From: an uncultured Bacteroidales bacterium
Lineage (GTDB): Bacteria > Bacteroidota > Bacteroidia > Bacteroidales > UBA932
Reading direction: 5' to 3'
Length of the DNA stretch: 64,000 nucleotides
Assembly: GCA_944326235.1 (NCBI GenBank)
Contig: CALVDH010000009.1
Location: 4,795 to 68,794, forward strand
Shown here piece after piece: positions 9,960 through 19,530 of the stretch. The notes beneath the pieces are model-generated. The model saw only the letters and a program-made list of their open reading frames with translations, did no database searches and was not told the origin of the DNA. Every line of letters begins with the position of its first letter. The stretch's first letter is position 1. Made by a program: the position numbers and the translations under genes.

Positions 9960-10553
9960 TCAGAACAATGTCGGATCGGGCAGTATCTGGAAGCTCCTGC
10001 GGTGCAGGGGCGTGATGCCGTATTGCGCAACGGCGCTGCGGTGTTCCGCAGTAGGGTATCCGAAGTTGCGCTCCCATCCGTACTGCGGGTACAGCTCTGC
10101 GGCCTTCCTCATGCAGTCGTCCCTGTAAGTCTTAGCTAAAATGGATGCGGCGGCGATGGATGCATAGCGGCCGTCCCCCTTGACATAACAGCGGAAAGGT
10201 ATGTCCCCGTAGGGACGGAAGCGGTTGCCGTCCACTATGATATGCTGCGGGCGGACTTTAAGGGCGTCCAGGGCCCGGTGCATGGACAGTATGGATGCCT
10301 GGAGGATATTGATCTCATCTATCTCCTCGGGAGAGGCGGAGGCTACGGCCCAGGCCAGGGCTTTGTCCTGTATGTAGTCACGGAGTCTCTCGCGGGCCTT
10401 CCGCGAGAGCTGCTTGGAATCGTTCAGACCCGGATCCTCGAAGTCACCGGGCAGTATGACGGCTGCGGCGTAGACAGGCCCTGCTATGCAGCCCCGTCCC
10501 GCCTCGTCAGTGCCGGCCTCTATGACGCCGGCGATATCGTAGGCGTTCAACAT
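9960..10553 (-). CDS. rnhB: ribonuclease HII
   Basis: GTDEAGRGCIAGPVYAAAV (DEAGRG motif). The track start at 10565 is a TTG, so it is trimmed to the ATG at 10553. Confidence 0.92.
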   Translation of the reverse strand: MLNAYDIAGVIEAGTDEAGRGCIAGPVYAAAVILPGDFEDPGLNDSKQLSRKARERLRDYIQDKALAWAVASASPEEIDEINILQASILSMHRALDALKVRPQHIIVDGNRFRPYGDIPFRCYVKGDGRYASIAAASILAKTYRDDCMRKAAELYPQYGWERNFGYPTAEHRSAVAQYGITPLHRRSFQILPDPTLF

Positions 10554-10565
10554 GCTGCAAAGCAA

Positions 10566-10901
10566 CTAAATTTTTCGCAAAAGACGGTCCTGAAGTTCGA
10601 TAATTCTGTTCTTGTCGGCCAGAGCGGCCTCGAGTTCCGCTATCCTGCGGTCTTTTTCCGCAATGATACTTTCGTATTTCTCCTTCTCTCCCGGTTCGTA
10701 GCCGAGTACCAGTGCCTCTTCCGAGAGGTCGAGGGCATCCGCTATCTTCGGAAGATGCTCGCTTATCAGTGAGGTCTTGCCTCTTTCGATTTTATAGTAT
10801 GCGGTCTGGGATATCGACAGGCGTTCCGCAATCTCGGCTTGCGAGAGGTTGTGTTCCCTGCGGTAACGGGCAATCCTATTTTTGATATCCTTATCGTTCA
10901 T
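10566..10901 (-). CDS. XRE-family HTH regulator with C-terminal coiled coil
   Basis: Trimmed to MNDKDIKNRIARYRREHNLSQAEIAERLSISQTAYYKIERG (Cro/C1 HTH). The tail is heptad-like (EKDRRIAELEAALADKNRIIELQDRLL). Confidence 0.85.
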   Translation of the reverse strand: MNDKDIKNRIARYRREHNLSQAEIAERLSISQTAYYKIERGKTSLISEHLPKIADALDLSEEALVLGYEPGEKEKYESIIAEKDRRIAELEAALADKNRIIELQDRLLRKI

Positions 10902-10906
10902 GTGAA

Positions 10907-10914
10907 CAAAAGTA
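10907..10914 (-). promoter_or_regulatory. -7 box for the XRE gene (leaderless-like spacing)
   Basis: CAAAAGTA on the plus strand equals TACTTTTG on the minus strand. It sits only 5 nt from the ATG at 10901. Confidence 0.4.
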
Positions 10915-11054
10915 TACCCGAAATAGGAATTTAAAAATAAATTGAAAGTTATATAATACAACCAATAGTTATAATATATAGTGATACGCCTTCAACAATC
11001 ATGTAAAAATGCGTATGTTTTTTAACAAATGGAAATACAAGTCTCCTCAGTTAA

Positions 11055-11062
11055 TAACTTTG
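11055..11062 (+). promoter_or_regulatory. -7 box for the divergent micro-ORF
   Basis: TAACTTTG, 34 nt upstream of the ATG at 11097. Confidence 0.4.
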
Positions 11063-11096
11063 AGTTGTAATTTATAACCCATAAAATAATGTTGTT

Positions 11097-11276
11097 ATGA
11101 TCAGAGATGTTTTATTGCGCCGCTCATACAGGCGCGACGGGAAAATCACAATGGCCCGTCTCCTCTTCGCCCGCGACCTTATGGTTGAGTACGGAGTCCC
11201 TTACAGCTGTATCTGGACTTTTGCCGGCTTTTCCTCCCGGCGTCAGATGGAAAAAGCCTGGAACGCCCTCTTCTAA
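11097..11276 (+). CDS. candidate 59-aa micro-protein (AraC-like half-HTH tail)
   Basis: Below the 60-aa track cutoff, so translated by hand: MIRDVLLRRSYRRDGKITMARLLFARDLMVEYGVPYSCIWTFAGFSSRRQMEKAWNALF. It has its own -7 box and a downstream terminator. Confidence 0.35.
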   Translation: MIRDVLLRRSYRRDGKITMARLLFARDLMVEYGVPYSCIWTFAGFSSRRQMEKAWNALF

Positions 11277-11301
11277 ACCCCTCTAAACCCCGCCCCAAAA
11301 C

Positions 11302-11336
11302 AAAAGCCGCACCGGACCCAACCGATGCGGCTTTTT
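11302..11336. terminator. bidirectional rho-independent terminator candidate
   Basis: AAAAGCCGCA-N14-TGCGGCTTTT hairpin with T-run. Lies between the micro-ORF (+) and the EF-G paralog (-). Confidence 0.6.
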
Positions 11337-11395
11337 CCTATTAGGCCTGATCTGCAGACAACGCAGCAGTTCGCCCGTTATGACGCGCCGAAGGG

Positions 11396-13549
11396 TTATT
11401 CGTCCTTCTCTTCTTCCTGGTAAGCCTTCAGCAACTTCTCCTGGACGTCGGCAGGCACCTGCTGGTACTCAGCCATCTCCATTGTGAAGGAAGCGCGTCC
11501 CGATGTCAGCGAGCTGAGGGTGGTGGAGTACTTGTAGAGCTCTGCCAGAGGCACACGTGCCTTGAGCACCTCGAAGCCCTTGACGCTGCTCATACCCTCG
11601 ATCATGGCCCTGCGGCCCTGGAGGTCGGACATCACGTCACCCATGTACTCGCCGGGCACCATGATCTCGATGTTGCAGATAGGCTCCATGATCTTAGGAC
11701 CGGCGTTGCGGAAGGCCTCCTTGAAGGCGTTGCGGGCAGCCAGTTTGAAGGAGATCTCGTTGGAGTCCACCGGGTGCATCTTTCCGTCGTACACGTAGAC
11801 GCGGATGTCACGGGCGTAGGATCCGGTCAGAGGACCTTCCTCCATCTTCTCCATGATACCCTTGAGGATGGCGGGCATGAAGCGGGCATCGATGGCGCCG
11901 CCGACGATACAGTTGTAGAACTCGAGCTTACCGCCCCAGTCCATGGTGTATTCTTCCTTGGACTTGATGTTGAGCACCATTTCCTTGCCGTCCACCTTGA
12001 AGCGGTTGTTCTGGGGAGCGCCCTCCACGTAGGGTTCCAGGAGGAGGTGAACCTCACCGAACTGACCGGCACCGCCGGACTGTTTCTTGTGGCGGTAGTT
12101 GGCTGCGGCGACCTTGGTGATGGTCTCGCGGTAGGAGATGCGGGGTGCCATGAACTCGATCTCCATCTTGTTGATGTTGTTGATCTGCCACTTGAGGATG
12201 TTGATGTGCTGCTCGCCCTGTCCGCTGAGGATGGTCTGCTTGAGCTCCTTGGCGTACTGTACGATGTAGGTGGGGTCCTCGGCTGCGGCCTTGTTGAGGA
12301 TCTCGCCGAGCTTCTCCTCGTCCTTCTCGTCCACTGCCTTGATGGCTGTGCGGTATTTGGCCTGAGGATATACGATGGGTTCGTAGACGATCTCCTGGCC
12401 GGGAGCGCAGAGTGTTTGGTTGGACTTGACGGTCTTCAGCTTCACAGTGCAGCCTATGTCTCCGGCCACCATCTCGCTGACTTTCTCCCTCTTCTTGCCG
12501 GCTACGGCGAAGATCTGGGAGATACGCTCCTTGTTGCCGTTCTCTGCATTGACGAGGTCCATGCCCTCTGTCAGTTTGCCGGACATTACCTTGAAGTAAG
12601 CCACATCACCGAGGTGCTGCTCAAGAGCGTTCTTGAATACGAAGATGGATGTGGGACCGTCGGCGCTGCAGGGAACACTTTTGCCGTCCTTGGTAGGCTC
12701 GTTGTCTCCTGCGGGAGAGGGGGCCACGTTGATCATGAACTCCATGAGCTTCTTGACACCGATGTCCTTCCTGGCGGAGATACAGAAAGTAGGCATGATG
12801 GAACCCTGGAGGAAGCCGAGGTTGAGTCCTTTCTCAATCTCCTCGCGGGTGAGCTCGCCGGCGTCGAAGTATTTCTCCATCAGGGCCTCGTCGCTCTCTG
12901 CTGCCATCTCTGTGAGGGCGGAGAGCACTTCATCGGCCTGATCCTTGAGGTCTGCGGGAATATCATGCTCCTCACGGGTGCCGTTCTCGTCCTTGAAAGT
13001 GTACATCTTCATGGTGAGCACGTCGATGAATCCGTTGAATCCGGCACCTACGGCTACGGGGAACTGTACGAGGACGATTTTGCTGCCGAATGCCTCTTTC
13101 AGGGAGTCGATGGTGCTTTCCCAGTTGGCTTTCTCAGCGTCGAGCTGGTTGACGGCCACCACGACGGGCTTCTTATAGTTTTCAGCGTATCTTCCGAAAA
13201 TCTCAGTACCTACTTCCACACCCTGCTGGGCATTGACTACGAGTATACCGGAGTCGCATACCTTGAACGAGGAGATCACTCCGCCGATGAAGTCGTCGGC
13301 ACCTGGAGTATCCATGATATTCAGCTTGTTGTCCATGAACTCCGTGTACAGGGGAGTCGAATAGATGGAGCGCTGGTTGATCTGCTCGATTTCGGTGTTG
13401 TCACTGATGGTGTTCTTCGCTTCTACGGTTCCTCTGCGGTCAATCACTTTGCCTTCGAACATCATGGCTTCCGACAAGGTGGTCTTTCCAGATTTAGAGC
13501 TTCCCAGAAGCACGACATTTCTGATGTTTCCGGTCTGGTAGGTTTTCAT
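11396..13549 (-). CDS. elongation factor G paralog (EF-G2-like, divergent G domain)
   Basis: 717 aa with five-domain EF-G length. G1 is GSSKSGKTT, G3 is DTPGADDF (Ala in place of the catalytic His) and G4 is NQLD. Confidence 0.88.
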   Translation of the reverse strand: MKTYQTGNIRNVVLLGSSKSGKTTLSEAMMFEGKVIDRRGTVEAKNTISDNTEIEQINQRSIYSTPLYTEFMDNKLNIMDTPGADDFIGGVISSFKVCDSGILVVNAQQGVEVGTEIFGRYAENYKKPVVVAVNQLDAEKANWESTIDSLKEAFGSKIVLVQFPVAVGAGFNGFIDVLTMKMYTFKDENGTREEHDIPADLKDQADEVLSALTEMAAESDEALMEKYFDAGELTREEIEKGLNLGFLQGSIMPTFCISARKDIGVKKLMEFMINVAPSPAGDNEPTKDGKSVPCSADGPTSIFVFKNALEQHLGDVAYFKVMSGKLTEGMDLVNAENGNKERISQIFAVAGKKREKVSEMVAGDIGCTVKLKTVKSNQTLCAPGQEIVYEPIVYPQAKYRTAIKAVDEKDEEKLGEILNKAAAEDPTYIVQYAKELKQTILSGQGEQHINILKWQINNINKMEIEFMAPRISYRETITKVAAANYRHKKQSGGAGQFGEVHLLLEPYVEGAPQNNRFKVDGKEMVLNIKSKEEYTMDWGGKLEFYNCIVGGAIDARFMPAILKGIMEKMEEGPLTGSYARDIRVYVYDGKMHPVDSNEISFKLAARNAFKEAFRNAGPKIMEPICNIEIMVPGEYMGDVMSDLQGRRAMIEGMSSVKGFEVLKARVPLAELYKYSTTLSSLTSGRASFTMEMAEYQQVPADVQEKLLKAYQEEEKDE

Positions 13550-13598
13550 TTTATCAAAAGATTAATATTAGTAGTTAGTAAATTTTGTCAATATCCTA

Positions 13599-13606
13599 CA
13601 AATTTA
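13599..13606 (-). promoter_or_regulatory. -7 box candidate for the EF-G paralog
   Basis: CAAATTTA on the plus strand equals TAAATTTG on the minus strand, 49 nt from the ATG. Confidence 0.35.
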
Positions 13607-13641
13607 GAGAATCTGTAAGACAAATGCAAGAATACAGCTGC

Positions 13642-14295
13642 CTAATTGCAAAAAAGTCCGTCCCGCATCTCGAGCATCCGGTCCGACATGGCCGCCAGGT
13701 CCCGGTCATGGGTGACGATGATGACGGTCTGTCCGAAGCGGTCGCGGAGGTCGAAGAAGAGCTGGTGGATGTCTTTCTTGGTATTGCTGTCCAGGTTGCC
13801 CGAGGGCTCGTCGGCCAGAATGACGCTGGGGCGGTTGATGACGGCCCTGGCAATGGCTACCCGCTGCTGCTCCCCGCCGGAGAGTTCGGCGGGCTTGTGC
13901 TCCAGTCTGTGGCTCAGTCCCAGGGAAGAAAGCAGCTCAGATGCCTGCCGTCTGGCGTCGGATGCGCCTTTACGGGCTATCAGTGCCGGAATCATGACGT
14001 TCTCGAGTGCCGTGAATTCGGGCAGCAGGTGGTGGAACTGAAATACGAATCCTATCCTCCGGTTGCGGAAGTCCGCCAGGGCGTCGGAGGACAGGGAAAA
14101 TATGTCGGTACCGTCTATGATGACTTTTCCGGTATCGGGGCGGGAAAGGGAGCCGAGTATCTGCAGCAGGGTGGACTTGCCGGCCCCGCTGGCTCCCACG
14201 ATGGATACGACCTCACGGTCGGCGGCCTGAAAGTCTATGCCTCTGAGGACATTCACCGGGCCGAAACTCTTGGTGACGGATGTGGCCTGTATCAT
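13642..14295 (-). CDS. ABC transporter ATP-binding protein (LolD/MacB-type)
   Basis: Walker [10 protein letters not shown], signature LSGGEQQR, Walker [10 protein letters not shown]. Its start overlaps the upstream stop by 4 nt (ATGA). Confidence 0.9.
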   Translation of the reverse strand: MIQATSVTKSFGPVNVLRGIDFQAADREVVSIVGASGAGKSTLLQILGSLSRPDTGKVIIDGTDIFSLSSDALADFRNRRIGFVFQFHHLLPEFTALENVMIPALIARKGASDARRQASELLSSLGLSHRLEHKPAELSGGEQQRVAIARAVINRPSVILADEPSGNLDSNTKKDIHQLFFDLRDRFGQTVIIVTHDRDLAAMSDRMLEMRDGLFCN

Positions 14296-14804
14296 CTGGC
14301 GTCAGGCTTAGGCTCCTTCTCCATTCCGGGCTTTTTCCACATCTTGATCATCTTTATGCGGAAATCCTCCTCGGCCACGTACATCAGCGCGACTTTCTCT
14401 ACCGGCAGTATTTTAAGAAACTCATCCAGATACAGTCTCTCCAGCTCATCGTCCTTTTTGCATCCGTCGATGTAGTCCATGAGCTGCTTCTTCATGTTGA
14501 CCTCGGAGGCGTTTCCTTCCTCAGTCATCCTGCGGAGTTCGTGGAATTCACCGCGGTTGGCCCTGCGGGCCTCGTCCATGGCCTTGCGGTACTCTTTGTA
14601 CACCGGCCAGAACTTGGCAGCCTCGTCCGGAGTAAGGTCCATGCGCGAGGTATAATAGGCAATGCGCGCGCTTTCGAGCTTTTCCTTGTTCTGGGGATCG
14701 GGGGGAACGGGTCCGGGAGCACACGGTGCCGGCTGGGCCGCTGAGGGCAGGGACAGCAGAAGGTACCCTGCCAGGGAAATAATCAGAGTCTTGATACTTT
14801 TCAT
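14292..14804 (-). CDS. Spy/CpxP-like periplasmic protein
   Basis: Signal peptide followed by a helical K/E/M-rich 170-aa protein. It is the last gene of the ECF sigma/anti-sigma triad. Family assignment is tentative. Confidence 0.5.
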   Translation of the reverse strand: MKSIKTLIISLAGYLLLSLPSAAQPAPCAPGPVPPDPQNKEKLESARIAYYTSRMDLTPDEAAKFWPVYKEYRKAMDEARRANRGEFHELRRMTEEGNASEVNMKKQLMDYIDGCKKDDELERLYLDEFLKILPVEKVALMYVAEEDFRIKMIKMWKKPGMEKEPKPDAR

Positions 14805-14827
14805 AAGAGGGTGGCGTTCTTTTATGG

Positions 14828-15295
14828 TTAAGGTTTCAGGTCAATATTGTCTTCTTCCAGATATTCCAGGATGTCGTCCTCAGTGAGAGTGGCCTCCAGC
14901 TCCTCTTCCACCTCTCCCTCAATGGTCACTGTGTTCTCCAGGGAATAGGTGAAAGCCTCGTCGAGATCGATCTCGTCACTGTATGCGTAGATGAAACTGC
15001 TTTCCAGATATCCTTCCTCGATCATGGCCATGATGGGATCATCCGATTCCAGAGGGTCCTCGTACAGGAGCGGAGTGACTTTCGATGCCAGCCATCCGAA
15101 GCCTGCGATGACAGCGAACATGAGCGCCATCATAAAGGCCGGCTTGGCCTTCATGACGAATGTGGCGAAAGGCGTGGCCGGGCGGTGTATCCTTTCGCGG
15201 ACCCTGTCCTCCAGCGACTCGAAATAGCCGTCAGGAACGGTGAAGGGATTCCGGGTTATATCTTCTTTTATCTCGCTCATACTTAGATTAGACAT
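14828..15295 (-). CDS. single-pass membrane protein, putative anti-sigma factor
   Basis: One TM segment (AFMMALMFAVIAGFGWLA). Acidic C-terminus. Lies immediately downstream of the ECF sigma gene. Confidence 0.5.
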   Translation of the reverse strand: MSNLSMSEIKEDITRNPFTVPDGYFESLEDRVRERIHRPATPFATFVMKAKPAFMMALMFAVIAGFGWLASKVTPLLYEDPLESDDPIMAMIEEGYLESSFIYAYSDEIDLDEAFTYSLENTVTIEGEVEEELEATLTEDDILEYLEEDNIDLKP

Positions 15296-15312
15296 CTTGA
15301 ACAGTCATAGGA

Positions 15313-15858
15313 TTAATCCTCCTCTCCCAAATATCGCTTCATCTTTACGAATGCGTGGTGATAGGAGGCCTTGACGGAGCCGACGGTCCTTTTGAGAACC
15401 TTGGCTATGTCGTCGAATTTCATCTGGTCGAAATACCTCATCGTGAATATCACCTTCTGTCTGGGCGGCAGTTTCTCCATCCCGGCGTACAGTCTCCTGG
15501 TGATCTCGTCACCGGAAAAATAGGGGTCGGCGGTGAACTTTTCGGCGAGGGCCCTTTCTTTCCCGGTCAGGGAGAACATAGTCCTAAGCCGCTTGCTTTT
15601 CAGGAAGTTGATAGTCTCGTTTACGGCTATCCGGTAGAGCCAGGTGTAGAGCCTGCAGTCCTCGCGGAAGTCCGGCAGGTATTTCCAGGCCTTGATGAGT
15701 GTGTTCTGGAGCAGATCGTCCGCGTCGTCATGGTCCAGGACCATCCTGCGGATCTGCCAGTAGAGGTCGCGGGAATACCGGCGCACCAGGAGGTTGAAGG
15801 CGTAGTCCTCCTTCCCCTCCTGGCGGAATGCGTCCAGTATTTCCTTGTCCTCTGTCAT
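15313..15858 (-). CDS. ECF-type RNA polymerase sigma-70 factor
   Basis: Region 2 (DDLLQNTLIKAW) and region 4 HTH (FDDIAKVLKRTVGSVKASYHHA). 181 aa. Confidence 0.92.
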   Translation of the reverse strand: MTEDKEILDAFRQEGKEDYAFNLLVRRYSRDLYWQIRRMVLDHDDADDLLQNTLIKAWKYLPDFREDCRLYTWLYRIAVNETINFLKSKRLRTMFSLTGKERALAEKFTADPYFSGDEITRRLYAGMEKLPPRQKVIFTMRYFDQMKFDDIAKVLKRTVGSVKASYHHAFVKMKRYLGEED

Positions 15859-16818
15859 TTATTTCTTCCTTGAAATGGCTTTCAGTGCGGCGGATACGAT
15901 ATGTTCTGCATCGAGCCCGTAGGCTTTCATCAGCTCGGCGGGCTTTCCGCTCTGACCGAAGAGATCGTCCACGGCCACTATCTCGACGGGGCAGGGGGTG
16001 TGGCGGGCCAGTACTCCGGCGATCAGCTCTCCAAGGCCTCCGGCAATCAGGTGCTCCTCGGCTGTCACCACCGCTCCGGTCTTGGCGGCGGAGGCGAGCA
16101 CAGCCTCCGTATCCAGGGGCTTGATGGTGTGTATGTCAATAACTTCTGCGGAGATTCCCTGCTTCTCCAGTTCCTCGGCTGCAAGGAGGGCCTCCCATAC
16201 CAGGTGGCCGGTGGCGAAGACGGTCACATCCTTTCCTTCGACCAGTTTCAGGGCCTTTCCTATCTCGAATACCTGGTCCTCTGGAGTAAAATTGGGTACG
16301 GAGGGACGGCCGAAGCGGAGATAAACGGGTCCTTCGTAGGAGGCTGCCGCGATGGTCGCTGCCTTGGTCTGATTGTAGTCGCAGGGGTTGATGACGGTCA
16401 TGCGCGGGAGCATCCTCATCATGCCGATGTCCTCCATCACCTGATGGGTGGCGCCGTCCTCACCGAGGGTGATGCCGGCGTGGGAGGCGGCTATCTTGAC
16501 GTTGGTACTGGCATAGCAGATGCCCTGACGGACCTGGTCGTAGACGCGGGAGGTCACGAAGTTGGCGAAGGAGCCGGCGAAGGGAATCCTGCCGCTGAGC
16601 GACAGTCCGGCGGCCACGTCTATCATGTCGGCCTCGGCTATGCCGCACTGGAAGAAGCGGTCGGGGTGCTCCTTGGCGAATGTGTTCATCTTCAGCGAGC
16701 CGGTGAGGTCAGCGCAGAGCGCTACCACCTTGTCGTTTGTCCTGCCCAGCTCCGTGAGTCCTGCACCGAAGCCCGAGCGTGTGTCCTTGTTTCCTGTATT
16801 TATGAATTTTTCCATCAT
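15859..16818 (-). CDS. transketolase, C-terminal (pyrimidine-binding) subunit
   Basis: FQCGIAEADM and the typical 319-aa split-transketolase B subunit. Its stop abuts the sigma gene start with 0 nt between. Confidence 0.92.
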   Translation of the reverse strand: MMEKFINTGNKDTRSGFGAGLTELGRTNDKVVALCADLTGSLKMNTFAKEHPDRFFQCGIAEADMIDVAAGLSLSGRIPFAGSFANFVTSRVYDQVRQGICYASTNVKIAASHAGITLGEDGATHQVMEDIGMMRMLPRMTVINPCDYNQTKAATIAAASYEGPVYLRFGRPSVPNFTPEDQVFEIGKALKLVEGKDVTVFATGHLVWEALLAAEELEKQGISAEVIDIHTIKPLDTEAVLASAAKTGAVVTAEEHLIAGGLGELIAGVLARHTPCPVEIVAVDDLFGQSGKPAELMKAYGLDAEHIVSAALKAISRKK

Positions 16819-16836
16819 TGTCCTGTACCTTTAGAA

Positions 16837-17682
16837 TTAATAATCTCCGAGGGTTTCCCTGACCTGTGCGAGGGCCTTCCCGCAGAGTTCCGGCGAGGGA
16901 GCCTTGCCGTGCCATTCGTTGGTGCCCTCCATGAAGTCCACGCCCTTGCCCATGGCGGTGTGGAAGAGGATCATCACGGGTTTGCCGTGACGGGAGAGGG
17001 CCTTTGCCTTGGCAAATGCCTCCAGGATGGCCTGCATGTCGTGGCCGTCAGCCTGGATGCACTCCCAGCCGAATGCCTTCCATTTGGCTTCAAGGTCTCC
17101 GAGTCCGATGACCGAATCCACGGTGCCGTCAATCTGCTGGTGGTTCCAGTCGGTCATGGCGATGAGATTGTCCACCTTGTGATGGGCGGCGAACATGGCT
17201 GCCTCCCAGATCTGGCCTTCCTCGCTCTCGCCGTCACCGCAGAGGACGTAGACTGTGTTGTCCTCGCCGTCGAGTCTCTTGCCGAGGGCGGCGCCGCAGG
17301 CTACGGAGAGACCCTGGCCGAGGGAGCCGGAGGGCATGTAGACGCCGGGGAGGTTGAAGTCGGTGGAGGGATGGCCCTGGAGCCTGGAGCCCAGATGTCT
17401 GAAAGTTCCCAGCTCTGAGGTGGGGAAGTACCCGGTGCGGGCGAGGATGCTGTAGAGCAGGGGAGACATGTGGCCCGTGGAGAGGATGAACATGTCCTGG
17501 CCCTTGCCGCTGCGGCTCCAGCCCTCGGGGGAGTGTTTCATAACGTCCAGATACAGAGCAGTGATGAAGTCAGTGCTGCTCATTGATCCGCCGGGATGTC
17601 CGCACCCGGCCTGTGTGACCATTCTGAGTATGTCCCTGCGGACCTGGGACGCTGTGTCGGTCAGCTTTTGTATGTCAGTCAT
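16837..17682 (-). CDS. transketolase, N-terminal (ThDP-binding) subunit
   Basis: Motifs GHPGGSMS and CGDGESEEGQIWEA. 281 aa. Confidence 0.92.
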   Translation of the reverse strand: MTDIQKLTDTASQVRRDILRMVTQAGCGHPGGSMSSTDFITALYLDVMKHSPEGWSRSGKGQDMFILSTGHMSPLLYSILARTGYFPTSELGTFRHLGSRLQGHPSTDFNLPGVYMPSGSLGQGLSVACGAALGKRLDGEDNTVYVLCGDGESEEGQIWEAAMFAAHHKVDNLIAMTDWNHQQIDGTVDSVIGLGDLEAKWKAFGWECIQADGHDMQAILEAFAKAKALSRHGKPVMILFHTAMGKGVDFMEGTNEWHGKAPSPELCGKALAQVRETLGDY

Positions 17683-17711
17683 ATCAGTTTGTGTTTATCC
17701 CGCTAAGATAG

Positions 17712-17719
17712 TATATTTG
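17712..17719 (+). promoter_or_regulatory. -7 box for lepA
   Basis: TATATTTG, 19 nt upstream of the ATG at 17739. Confidence 0.45.
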
Positions 17720-17738
17720 CAGCGATTATCTGAAGAAA

Positions 17739-19526
17739 ATGAAAAATATCCGGAATTTCTGCATTATAGCGCACATAGACCACGGCAAGAGCACCCTGGC
17801 GGACCGTCTGCTCGAACACACCCATACCCTGACCGAGAGGGAGATGGAGGACCAGGTTCTGGACTCCATGGACCTTGAGAGGGAGAAGGGCATCACGATC
17901 AAGAGCCACGCGATACAGATGGTGTACAACTATAAAGGAGAGAAATACATCCTCAACCTCATCGACACTCCGGGCCACGTGGACTTCTCCTATGAGGTGT
18001 CCCGCGCCATAGCCTCCTGCGAGGGAGCGCTCCTGGTGGTGGATGCCACCCAGGGCATACAGGCTCAGACGATATCGAACCTTTACCTGGCCATCAACCA
18101 TGACCTGGAGATTATCCCGGTGCTGAACAAGATAGACATGGACGCGGCCATGGTGGACGTGGTCAGCGACCAGATAGTGGACCTGATAGGCTGCGACAGG
18201 GAGGACATCCTGCTGTGCAGTGCGAAGACCGGTGAGGGCGTGCCTGCCATACTGGACGCCGTGGTGGAGCGTTTCCCCGCTCCGAAGGGCGACCCGGAGG
18301 CACCGCTCCAGGCCCTGATTTTCGACTCGGTATTCAACCCCTTCCGCGGTGTAATCGCCTATTTCAAGGTGGTCAACGGAGTGATACGCAAGGGTGACAA
18401 GGTAAAGTTCTTCAATACGGGCAAGGAATACGAGGCCGATGAGGTCGGCTATCTCAGGCTCAGGATGTGCCCTACCGATGAGGTGACTACCGGAAATGTG
18501 GGCTATATCATCTCCGGTATCAAGACGGCCGTAGAGGTGAAGGTCGGCGATACCATCACCCATGTGGACCGGCCCTGCTCCGAGTCCATTGCCGGCTTCG
18601 AGGAGGTCAAGCCAATGCTCTTCGCGGGAGTCTATCCGGTGGAGACCGACGAATACGAGAATCTGCGCGCGTCGCTGGAGAAGCTCCAACTCAACGATGC
18701 GTCCCTCGTCTTCGAGCCCGAGTCCTCCCTGGCCCTGGGCTTCGGCTTCCGCTGCGGTTTCCTCGGCCTGCTCCATCTGGAGATCATGCAGGAGAGGCTT
18801 TACCGGGAGTTCGACATGGACGTGATAACCACTGTCCCCAACGTATCCTATAAAGTGTACACCACCCAGGGCGAGGTGGTGGACGTGCACAATCCCTCCG
18901 GTCTGCCGGCCCCTACTCTCATAGACTATATCGAGGAACCTTATATCCGGGCCCAGATCATATCCAAGAGCGAGTATTTCGGCCAGATCATGAAACTCTG
19001 CCTGGACAAGCGCGGGGTGCTCAAGGGACAGCACTTCCTCACCGCCGACCGCGTGGAGCTGACCTACGACATGCCCCTTGCCGAGATAGTCTTTGACTTC
19101 TACGACAAGCTCAAGTCCATTTCCCGCGGCTACGCCTCCTTCGACTACCATATCATCGGCTATCAGAAGGCCGACCTGGTCAAGCTCGATATCCTGCTCA
19201 ACGGAGAGTCTGTCGACGCCCTATCCTCTCTTATCCACCGTGAGCGGGCCTATGACTTCGGCCGCCGTATCTGCGAGAAGCTCAAGGAACTGATTCCCAG
19301 ACAGCAGTTCGAGATAGCGATACAGGCCGCCATCGGAGCCAAGATCATTGCCCGTGAGACCGTAAAGGCAGTGCGCAAGGACGTGCTGGCCAAGTGCTAC
19401 GGCGGTGACATCACCCGTAAGCGCAAGCTCCTCGAGAAACAGAAGAAGGGCAAGAAGCGCATGCGGCAGATCGGCAACGTGGAGGTGCCCCAGTCAGCGT
19501 TCATGGCTGTGTTAAAGTTGGATTAA
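17739..19526 (+). CDS. lepA: translation elongation factor 4
   Basis: Motifs [17 protein letters not shown] and NKID. C-terminal basic LepA tail ([17 protein letters not shown]). Confidence 0.97.
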   Translation: MKNIRNFCIIAHIDHGKSTLADRLLEHTHTLTEREMEDQVLDSMDLEREKGITIKSHAIQMVYNYKGEKYILNLIDTPGHVDFSYEVSRAIASCEGALLVVDATQGIQAQTISNLYLAINHDLEIIPVLNKIDMDAAMVDVVSDQIVDLIGCDREDILLCSAKTGEGVPAILDAVVERFPAPKGDPEAPLQALIFDSVFNPFRGVIAYFKVVNGVIRKGDKVKFFNTGKEYEADEVGYLRLRMCPTDEVTTGNVGYIISGIKTAVEVKVGDTITHVDRPCSESIAGFEEVKPMLFAGVYPVETDEYENLRASLEKLQLNDASLVFEPESSLALGFGFRCGFLGLLHLEIMQERLYREFDMDVITTVPNVSYKVYTTQGEVVDVHNPSGLPAPTLIDYIEEPYIRAQIISKSEYFGQIMKLCLDKRGVLKGQHFLTADRVELTYDMPLAEIVFDFYDKLKSISRGYASFDYHIIGYQKADLVKLDILLNGESVDALSSLIHRERAYDFGRRICEKLKELIPRQQFEIAIQAAIGAKIIARETVKAVRKDVLAKCYGGDITRKRKLLEKQKKGKKRMRQIGNVEVPQSAFMAVLKLD

Positions 19527-19530
19527 AAAC

